A stretch of DNA of 64,000 nucleotides from NCBI GenBank assembly GCA_030141605.1, contig JAQGDQ010000004.1:1674001-1738000 (forward strand), in the 5' to 3' direction. A program made the position numbers and the translations under genes. The number at the start of each line of letters is the position of its first letter. Position 1 is the stretch's first letter. Source of the DNA: Tubiluchus corallicola (lineage: Eukaryota; Animalia; Priapulida). Below the pieces are notes generated by a model. It saw only the letters and a program-made list of their open reading frames with translations. It was not told where the DNA came from and did no database searches. Of this stretch, positions 54,203 to 64,000 are shown piece by piece.

Positions 54203-54287
54203 CAAGAGGTGGAAAGTCTGCAAACAGCTTCTGTCCTACACGGTTAAGCAACTGGTAACGAGCTAGCTGACCATTGTCCATTTTATA
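54203..54287 (-). promoter_or_regulatory. TATA promoter and non-coding exon 1 of the Gly-rich protein gene
   Basis: TATAAAA at 54287-54281, Inr-like CCAGTT near 54253, donor ttg|gtaagt at 54203/54202; 982-nt intron to the acceptor at 53220. Confidence 0.7.
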
Positions 54288-56269
54288 GGAAATCTGTGCT
54301 GCTTGACCGTGCCAAGGACACTCTAGTCCATTGTCTTAAAATGACAAAAGCAAGTAGCACACCAGTGATTTGCATATAACCTCCGGACTAATCCGGACAA
54401 TGTTAATTTAATCTGCAGTGAGAATGTTAGGATCTCTGTGAAAATTTGCTAGAATAAAATTTATTGCTGCACATGTGCTTTGTTTTCTTTATAAAGCAAG
54501 CTCTTTTTTATTCTACACATTAACCTTCGCTTTTGCTACCGTGTACAGAGCATTTACATAAACTACAGTAGTGATTGCTTGGCCAATGTTTGAGCGATCA
54601 AAACTTGTATTATGGTATTATGGTTTATTTTACTTAACAGCAACACGTGGATTAATTCCACTTAATATCGTTTATTAAACGTACTAAATTTATTTATGTG
54701 CTAAACTCTTTGTAGTACATATAACTCCAGTCGAATACAGTTTTACACTAAACTTAAATCTGCTGTGTTAAAAACCCAATGAATAAAAAACCTCAAAGCT
54801 TGCATTTGATACGCATTGTTCATCCGTGCTGGACACAATTACACTAAATTCAGTGAACGATGTTGACAATAATTATAATCTATGCAAAACTCACAATTAA
54901 TTAATAATAAAGCCATGTGTACGTACATCATAGAAATGAAGACGTCGACAAGTTAACAACATCACAGCATCCAGGCGCATCACCCCAAATGGCAAAATTT
55001 TATGAGCTAGTTCAAGTTGTCAGCCTGCCACGTACAAACAGTTTTGTTGAAAAATTGTCGGTTGGTTTTGGTCAACAATTAGCTCTTGGAAATTAATTAA
55101 TTAACCGCCTTGCAGTAATATGGTTAATGCATTGGGACAGCATTAAGCAGGATGGGGAAGAGAACTCGGGACATTACAGTAACGACATTTCACTGCACGT
55201 ATTGAGAAACTACTATAATGTCTTTGTCCGTTTATTCATGTACGTAATAGTTTAGTTGTAACGCTGATTTTCCTTATACTGTAACTTATAATATAACATA
55301 ATATAATATATCACAAGTATGTAATCCATTCAATGACTAAACATTTACTCAAATTACACTATTGCTAAACAGCATATTTATTTCAAATCTCTCAACGCAA
55401 AATTGCAAAATACTCGTGCGATGTTCATCAGTTATAGGAAGGCACGATTTATTGGTCAATCACTTCATTGGCAGTAGTCACAGATGTGACGCAATAAAAC
55501 AAGGATTTTAAATACAAGACAATGCACACCTGCAAATGACCCAACATCATCGATATCGAAATCTGTGGGTAACTATCACATAACTCTTGAAGCTACGCTG
55601 TACTTGCATTATAAATTCATAATTCAAAAACGAGCGCCGGTTTTCATTAGATATTCTATGTTAATTAAGAAACTTCGGAAGTTTTGCAGATCAAGCGTCA
55701 GCCAATAACAGTGAGCAACTAGGCAAAAGTCTACAAGGGGCACTCTGTCTTAATTAATGTAAAACGTTTAAAATCTTAGTAAATCTAAGTTAGCCTATGA
55801 GAAGTATTCACCTGCCTCACAGAAATGTGAACTATGTTGTTTAGGTAATTTATAAATTTGAGTGAAACTACAATGTACAATAGCTACACTCCCATGCAAA
55901 AACGCAAATTTCGTTGTAACCTTGACACTAAACGGTGCAATTTAATATTAATTTCTTCAAGTCCTTCATCTTACCCACTTCAAGGTAACTAACTAGTGTA
56001 ATTTAGTTAGTGTTCAGATGACTTCTCAATCTAATCGCAAACCCAGTAACCATTAAACAGTGATTTAAGTGGCTCAAACAAAAATTATGTTTCAACTAAT
56101 AAAGACAAATCAATGTAAAATGCTACTGATATCATCAGTGATACGTATCAACGTATGTTTATACAAATTCATTGAAAGAAAGTACTTAAGAAACTGACTG
56201 ATTAGGCTAGTAAAGATAGTTCCTAGTAGAGGGGACGTAGAACAAATTGCAATAGAATTTTTCTCTTCA

Positions 56270-57795
56270 GATTCTGTTAGAATGTGGTCTCAAGTACCCT
56301 AAACAAAAAATCAGCCAAAATCGTCTCTGGTACTTTTGAGATATGCACGTAAATCCAAGATTGGCACCTGATGGAGTCAAAAATCAGTTAGATCTCCTAA
56401 ACCATCGAGCCAAGATAAAAAATAAGTATTACTGATCTAAAGGAAACTGCACCCGAGGACTGTAAAAATGTTGTCGTTTTTTTATCCGCTATGTCATCGT
56501 GATGTCATACTACTATTATGAGGTAGTTAAGAGTATCACTGTTTCAATGTTGTTAAAAATGGGTCAGTGGAATTCCTTTTTCATTATCAGTACTTGCAAT
56601 ACCATTCAAAAATATTTAAAAAGTGTTTTAGCATGTCATTAGTATCCATTTACGTCATTTCCTTGGCATCTAGATGGTGTCTATTGGTGTCAAAAGTTGA
56701 ATGTTTCTCCTAAACAACGATCCTAGTAGAAAATTATGTGTTAACAGATGATAGGAAAATGCACTATATAAATCCAAAAATGTTGTAATTTTTCAGTTAC
56801 GACACCACAACGCCATTGTCAGGTCATTTAAGGCATCACTCTTCTTACTTTACATTAATTTTGAATCTCACCCGTTAGGTGGCTGTACTAACCTGCCCAT
56901 GGAAGGATTCTGTTAAAATGTGGTCTCAAGTACCCTAAACAAAAAATTGGCCAAAATCGACTTTGGTACTTTTGAGATATGCACATAAATCCAAGATTGG
57001 CACCTGATGGAGTCAAAAATCAGTTGTTGAGGAGATATATATATCTCCTAAATAATCGAGCCAAGATGAAAAATATGTATTATTGACTGAAAGGAAACTG
57101 CATCCGAGGACTCCAAAAATGTTGTCAGTTTTTATCTGCGACATCATCGTGATGTCACAATAGTATTATGAGGTAGTTAAGAACATCACTGCTTCAATCT
57201 TGTTGAAAATGGGTCTGCCATAGCGAGGTTCGTCATTTTGGCAGTATGTTACATCGATGTCAACTGTTTCACCCAAGTGAGAGGTGGGGGTGAAACTGGG
57301 GGAGGGGGATGAAACTAGTTGATTGGCAGAGGGCAGAAATCAGCAGAAAAGACTGCCACTTAAGAGGCAAGCATTCAAATGTAAAATAAGAAGCAGTGCT
57401 GCCCAAAACGACCTGACAATGGTGTTGTGATGTCATAAATGAAATTGGACAACATTTTTGGATTTATGTGGTGCATTTTCTTATCAGTTGTTAACACAAA
57501 ATTTTCTACTACTAGGATTGATTGTTTAGTCAAAGCAATCGACTTCTGACACCCATAGGCACCATCTAGATGCCAAGGAGATGATGTAAGTGGGCACTAA
57601 TGACATGCTAGCACAAAAAGGAATTCCCATTTTCAACAACATTGAAGCATTGATGTTCTTAACTTCCTCATAATAGTATTGTGATGTTCCAATGATGTCG
57701 TAGATGAAAAATGACAACATTTTTGGTGTAGTTTCCTATAAGCCAATAATACAAATTTTTCACCTAGGCTCGATGGTTTAGGAGATATAACTGAA
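56270..57795. mobile_element. Three related copies of a non-autonomous DNA-element repeat (two direct, one inverted)
   Basis: 56270-56895 and 56907-57215 both begin gattctgtta(g/a)aatgtggtctcaagtaccctaaac; ~57345-57795 is a diverged reverse complement of ~56385-56895. Confidence 0.8.
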
Positions 57796-58985
57796 CAGAC
57801 AGTTAATAATTGAATGAGTGCATCTCATTTTGTGTAAAAATATTTAAGTGTATAAAAAATGCACTTGGTGTCAATGTAAAAAATATTTAGACAAAGTACT
57901 TAATAAAATACTAGAAGGTTAGTGTGCAATCTATGGGCCTTAATTTGAAAAACACTAGCATTAGAAACTCAGAATTCCATAATCAATTAATTTCTCATGA
58001 AAACACTTCACAAATTTGCAAAACTTGTGTTGCAGAATTGCATAATATTTTGCTAGTATACCACAATATTTCTGGGTGTTACACAAATCTCTGTTAAATT
58101 TATCATTTGCCAAACTGACATAGTCACTGAATAGAGCTTGCTGGTAAAGAAAAACTTGCAGAAAGAACTATATCCTACAGTTTTCAACAAAATTGGGCAA
58201 CCCTAAAGATATATTATCTCATAATAGTTCAAAAATATTGTTAAAAGATGGCAACATCGGTAATATAATCAGTACTAGTAAGAGCACATTATTCATTATG
58301 TGATGACACCTGTTAACAAAAAAGAATAACATATAAGCTCGTGCACCTTTAAACAAAATAACATAAAGCGGCCATATATAGAAAATTTTTGGTTTACTGA
58401 ACTTACTCGACAGTGGATATGCAGTATGTGACAAACAAAAATTCTAGAAAATATTTCAAATGACAAAATTATCAACACTTATGTTAAATAAGGTCCATCA
58501 CGTATTGGATCTTACATCATACTCTTCAGTAATTTAAACAGATGTTATAAGAAGTGTAGAGCTATATTAATTCTAAAAATAGTGGTAAAATGGGCAGTGT
58601 CATGGACATTATATGTTGGAGTTACACAATGCATGCATTATGAAAAAATTGCCATTTGTTGTTATGCACAGTACTTCAGAGTAGTTTTTCTGAAGTAATA
58701 ATTACGAACAAAACAGTAGTTGTATTTTAAACAGCAGTATACAAGCGTACATTTCATTCTTTTAATTTTTCATGACATCTCATGAGTTATAGGAGAACAT
58801 ATCTAAATATTTCCTTTAGTCAGAAAGCCCACTGAACTTGTGAGCTGCCACGACAGGAAAACAACATAATTTTATGTACAGAGTATTGCCACCAGGTGCA
58901 AAATAATGCTACAAACTGATTTCTGCTGTCTCTCACACCTCTGTCTGATGGTATAGGCAAACCTTATTGATGGCCGGCTATTTAA

Positions 58986-59316
58986 CAGGAGTGAGCATCC
59001 TCCGCCAGAAAGGGAATTCGAATCCAAAACGAATTTGAATTCAATTTTAAAGATTTTTTAATACATTTTTAAATCATTAATAAAAAGCAGTTTCACAAAA
59101 TGGATCATGCATATGACTTGGTTTTATTCTTCAGTAAAAACATTAATAATGTGTTTAAAAATTTTGCACAATATAGCAGCTAAATTGTACTGAAAGCATG
59201 TTTCAAATGTTTTAATGATAAGGAATGTATGTAGTTGTAGGTGAATTATTCGAATCTATAATTTTACGTTTAAATGAGCATTCAAATTTGATTCAAGCAT
59301 TCAATGTTCACCCCTA
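58986..59316. mobile_element. Possible hAT-like MITE
   Basis: caggagtgagcat ... atgttcaccccta termini with subterminal attcgaat-like repeats; TSD poor. Confidence 0.35.
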
Positions 59317-59764
59317 CTCTTCTAAACTACTCCTGTAAGTGAAATTCGCAATAACTGTTTACTATAATAACTGCAATAAGGACAGACTGAGTAAGAGGAC
59401 TACAGCCTTCATTTAACTTAAATGACCACTATCTCTAAAGAAATACGTTATTTTAAAATTCATGAGTCAAAGCTCTGTTACCAGTATCCTGTGCTAACCC
59501 CCAACTTGAGTGTCATCTGAGGTTAGCAGTACCACTGTGTACTTATTGCACTCATAATAGTTCCAGGTACTCCGATGAAAATCCCCTGTTTAAGGTCTAC
59601 TTACAAAGCAAAGACGGGAAACCCCAAAGGCCAGCACCATTTGAGATCAGTGGCATCAGAGGCTTTGAGGACGCCGAGCAAGAGTGAACATACCACGTAC
59701 TAACGTAGCGTTTAATTCGGTTTTATCATACAATAAGTAAATTACAAATATTCTGAGCTGAATC

Positions 59765-60484
59765 ATAAATAATCACTCCTCCGTAAAATTTCTAGTAACT
59801 CTATCGGCCTTAAATAATTACATGACTGGTTTAAGGTAAAACTAAAAATTCATAACGTATTCATTCTGATTGTACAGCCTTACCTGACCGTACGTGGGCT
59901 GGATCCAGTCTCCCAACTAGAAGAGACGGTGCCGTGAATGATATCAGGCTGCTATTTTCAAGTACCTAGAAGCTCACCGGCTGCAGAACTTTTATATGCG
60001 CTCTAACTACTTTCTTTATCACCGTTTACAGTTTGGCAAAATAAACAAAAAAGTTAGTAAGCAATAAGAGAAATCTGAAAGCACAACCAGCTGCGCGAAG
60101 CAGTGCCTAAGTGAAAGATTCCTCATATTGCTACTGTTTCTATACTTCTGTACTTAAAAATATAAAATATTATAAGTAATATTTTTAGACAGTTTACCTG
60201 CCTAAGGCAGATTTCTTTTATTTTAGAATTCTGCCTGCCCAATGTCTACAATAGACGTGACGGGCGTATGATGATGATGATGATGATACTTAAAAATATA
60301 AATAATCACTCCTCCGTAAAATTTCTAGTAACTCTATCGGCCTTAAATAATTACATGACTGGTTTAAGGTAAAACTAAAAATTCATGACGTATTCATTCT
60401 GATTGTACAGCCTTACTTGACCGTACGTGGGCTGGATCCAGTCTCCCAACTAGAAGAGACGGTGCTGTGAATGATATCAGGCTG
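59765..60484. repeat. 187-bp direct duplication (59765-59951 and 60298-60484)
   Basis: ataaataatcactcctccg...gatatcaggctg present twice; I count 3 substitutions. Confidence 0.95.
59884..59996 (-). promoter_or_regulatory. Candidate TATA promoter plus non-coding first exon, host gene unassigned
   Basis: Minus-strand TATAAAA at 59996-59990, a GC-richer ATG-less segment, and a strong donor cag|gtaagg at 59884/59883. Confidence 0.45.
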
Positions 60485-61550
60485 AAATTGATGATCTTTA
60501 GAAGAAACGCAAGGAAATTATAAAGCAAATTCATGAAAAGCTAAAGCAAATAGAAGAAAAAAATGACTGGTATCGCAGAAGAAATTGAGCAAACGAAAAT
60601 TTTTCTAGGCATTTTAAAGTAATACGGACTTTGCAGACCTTTCAACCAAAGAAAAAATTGATTGTAGAAGATCTATATTAAAAAATAAAAGCAGGACCTT
60701 GGACGAGAAAAATAAAAAGACGCCGTTTAAGATGGATTGGGCATATGCTTAGACTACCTGATGATATTCCAGTGAAGATAGCTTTTCAACAAGCCATAGA
60801 ACCAGCTAAAAAACCTGCAGGTGGACAAATTCTAACATATTTAGATTTTGCACTGAAAGATTTAAACACTTCAGCATTGATCCTTAGAAATAAATGTACT
60901 TGGGGCATTGCGACGAGCAGGGAGTCCTGGCATAGGGAGGTGAGCAGAATCATGTCACTGGACGTGTGATTCATTGGATGATGATACTTAAAAAAAACCT
61001 GCAGGAGGAAAAATGTTAACATATTTAGATTTTGCACAGAAAGATTTAAACACTTCAGCAGTGATCCTTAGAAATAAATGCACTTGGGGCATTGCGGCAA
61101 GCAGGGAGTCCTGGCATAGGGAGGTGAGCAGAATCATGTCCCTGGACGTATGATTCATTGGATGATTATAATGATACTTACTACTTACAGAAACATTTTG
61201 GGTATTAGATGGCCAAAGAAAATTTCAAACAAAGAACTATATGAAAAAATAAAAGAAGAACCTTGGACAAGAAAAATAAATAGATGCCGTTTAAGATGAA
61301 TTGGGCATATGCTTAGACTACCTGATGATAATCCAGTGAAGATAGCTCTTCAACAAACCATAGAACCAGCTAAAAAACCTACAGGAGGACAAATGTTAAC
61401 ATATTTAGATTTTGCACAGAAATATTTGAACACTTCCGCATTGATCCTTAGAAATAAATGCACTTGGGGTATTGCGGCAAACAGGGAGTCCTGGCATAGG
61501 GAGGTGAGCAGAATCATGTCCCTGGACATATGATTCATTGGATGATGGAT
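60485..61550 (+). mobile_element. Cluster of RTE-type non-LTR retrotransposon fragments: three tandem 3' ends plus a probable internal ORF2 piece
   Basis: ILGIRWPKKISNKELYEK...RLRWIGHMLRLPDDxPVKIA...SWHREVSRIMSLD* is an RTE-like C-terminus. Copies end near 60987, 61177 and 61550 with tgattcattggatga(t)-type tails; the third copy has TGG>TGA at 61297. Confidence 0.8.
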
Positions 61551-62188
61551 ACGTAAGATGTATCATTTTGTCTCTACTTTTAATCCTGCTGGTTTTTTCC
61601 TTGTTCTGACATCAAAAGTTCTAAATAGTACTTTACATATTTTCAACTCTTTTTCCTTCTTCATCTAATATCGCACTAAGTACTTCTGATTTCACTGGGC
61701 TTATCCTTTTTTTAAATCCCCTTTAGTCATCTTTCTAATTGTATTGTTGATATTTGCTGTTCTGGCTTCCTGCTGTTAGGTTATAAGTAGTTCTTCAATT
61801 AACTATATATTCAGTCTATTAATTTTGCCTTTTGTCTCATTTTGTTGTCGTCCAGTTCTTTTGGTTTTTCTTTTTTTTTCATTAATTTCCAAATTATTTT
61901 CCCTAACCAGCCTTTTTCTTCTTCTTTGCTAGGAAACATTGATTGTGAATGTCATTTCCCTTCACTTTGTTTAATTTACTAGCGTTGGTCAAATTATTGT
62001 AATTATCAAGTCTTCCTTTATTTATTATCATTAACTTCTTGTTACTTTCAGTTTCAGCTAGTCACTTGCCTATGATTACTTGCCATTTCATGGGGATGCA
62101 CTGAACCTAAAGTTCACATGTTTTTTTAGATGTTTGATTAATTTATTAATTTTACTTATTGGTTTTTATTATTTTTTAGTGTAATATC

Positions 62189-62580
62189 CATGGGTGTATT
62201 AACCAATAGGCTAACTAGGCTATAGCCTAGGGTGCCAAAGTTTGAGAGGCGTCACATTTTAAAAAAATTCTTATTCTCTTCGGAAAATGTGTATATTTTC
62301 ATATTTATGTAGAGGGCACATTTTATAACACACCACAGGCAGTTACTGAGTGCTGCTTTTATATAAGTACACATAACGAGTAGGTGCAAGGTATTACACA
62401 ACAAGCAGTTGCACAGCTTTTTTGAATGTAAGCATTATACAAATACATTAATAACGGCCAAGTAGAAACTAGGTTAATAGTGTTTAATCTGCTCATTACC
62501 TAAACAACCGTAAATCCACAATAGAGATGGGCAGACAGAACTATCAGCCTAGGATGTCGTAAAGTCTTGATACGCTTCTG
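62189..62580. mobile_element. hAT-like MITE
   Basis: Termini catgggtgtat / atacgcttctg, internal gcctagg motifs, and an 8-bp TSD gtaatatc / ataatatc (7 of 8 match). Confidence 0.6.
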
Positions 62581-64000
62581 ATAATATCGCTTCTTTTCTC
62601 CCTTGTTTTGGTACCAGATCTCTGAGAAGCAGTGTACATTCATATTTTAAGGTATTTATTATTAAACTTTAGTGTAATTAGCAAATTTTTCATGTAACTG
62701 TTTTATTTTTGTTAATTTAATATTTGTTCCAGCATCTCAATTCCATAGTGATGAAATCAACAGAAAGCCTCTCTAGTGAAACGAAATTAGTCTGTTTTAA
62801 GGAAAATCCTAGGTTTTATGCTTTGTACGTATATCACAGCAACAGGCAAGTAGCTTTTGTAATTTATGTCTGTCAGTAACTAGAGGATTGATCATATTAT
62901 CACTTTTACATTCTTTGTTACTCTTTTTATTCTAACTTTTTTTGACTTGTTTTGCAGTCTGTGTATTTAAAATACTTCCCACATTTAAATCAGAGCTGTC
63001 TAATGTCAAATTGAGTACTAATGCATTGTCACTTTGTCAAATTGTTTTATTTGATTACTAAGGTATGACAAGGAGCAAATAAGTTTCATACCAGGATGAT
63101 ATTGCTCTTTATAAAATCTTGAATTTGGCAAAAGGATTGGAGACTAATACAAATTCACACCATTTTTGCAAAATAATATGAATTAATTAATTTAAAAGTA
63201 CATTATATTTCTAAATTCATTTTTCATGGTGGTAAAAATTCTTTGAATAAGTGGTAGTTTATTCTTATGATCTTGTAAACATGTAAATGAGTAAACTTCA
63301 TTAAATCACGGGTTCAAAAAGTCTGTGTAATGAACACTAAAAACTGAACAATTTATATCTCTTTAGATCTAGCAAGCACAAAGGTTGTGAGAGTGGTGGT
63401 GGTGATGCACAATGCAGCTCAAGTGATCCACACTCCTCAAACTCTGTCCTTATGGAAGAAGTGTCAGAAGTGTCAAACAACAATTTCAGGTAAATAGCAT
63501 GATCATAAAGTTTTTCAAAGTACGAAGGTATTTTGCGTGTTATCAGTCTGGAGTCACATAACTATCTTTCTGTATACCTGTTAATTAGAAGTTCAGATTG
63601 TTTGACAAGGTCACTTTTACCACTGTAAAATCATTCTTGTTATATAAATTATATCTACTCATAAGTTTTTAATTAAAATCAAGATAATTTGCTTTTAAAT
63701 GTAGTATAACATCATTATAGCAAACCTGCTAGAGACCCAAAAAAGTATTCTATATAGAGAGTAACCACGACTAATCCTATAGGACAAGCATGCACTAATA
63801 ATGTACAATGTGAAGAAAGGCTGTAAAGCAATTTTAGAAGATGCTGCCTACTTTGCAGTATGTTCAAATTCAATGAAGTACATTTCTTGTGACTTGTATA
63901 AAACTGAAAATTGATGAACATTTCATGTTAAATTGACTTTACACGTTCACTTGTAAATGTACGTGTAAATATTCATTAAAGTCAATGAAATTAAAAAAAG

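Noticed and set aside
1-64000. Remaining 60-113 aa ORFs in the track, and CRISPR, tRNA or rRNA candidates
   Set aside because: Many ORFs start at TTG/GTG, have AT-rich or microsatellite-driven composition and no recognisable domain. No repeat-spacer array or cloverleaf was seen.

Overview
AT-rich, intron-rich animal genomic DNA (most likely an invertebrate); no prokaryotic features, rRNA, tRNA or CRISPR arrays were seen. The left half holds a + strand LMO4-like LIM-only gene: LIM2 exons at 17265-17337 and 18022-18186 and a 9-nt terminal coding exon (VC-stop) at 33501. I found no LIM1 exon, but a candidate ATG exon at 2158-2255 splices in frame to LIM2 and would give a 90-aa single-LIM protein. 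The right half holds - strand genes: LDAF1/promethin (two coding exons, 167 aa) with an unexplained 250-aa ORF in its intron, an orphan secreted Gly-rich protein with a TATA promoter and non-coding first exon, and an unassigned TATA/first-exon module near 59.9 kb. Mobile DNA includes an inverted Penelope-like pair with hammerhead ribozyme cores (6.1-6.7 kb), hAT-, Tourist- and foldback-like MITEs, a tandem cluster of RTE-type LINE 3' ends, other LINE/SINE remnants and microsatellites. All calls were made by eye, without database searches.
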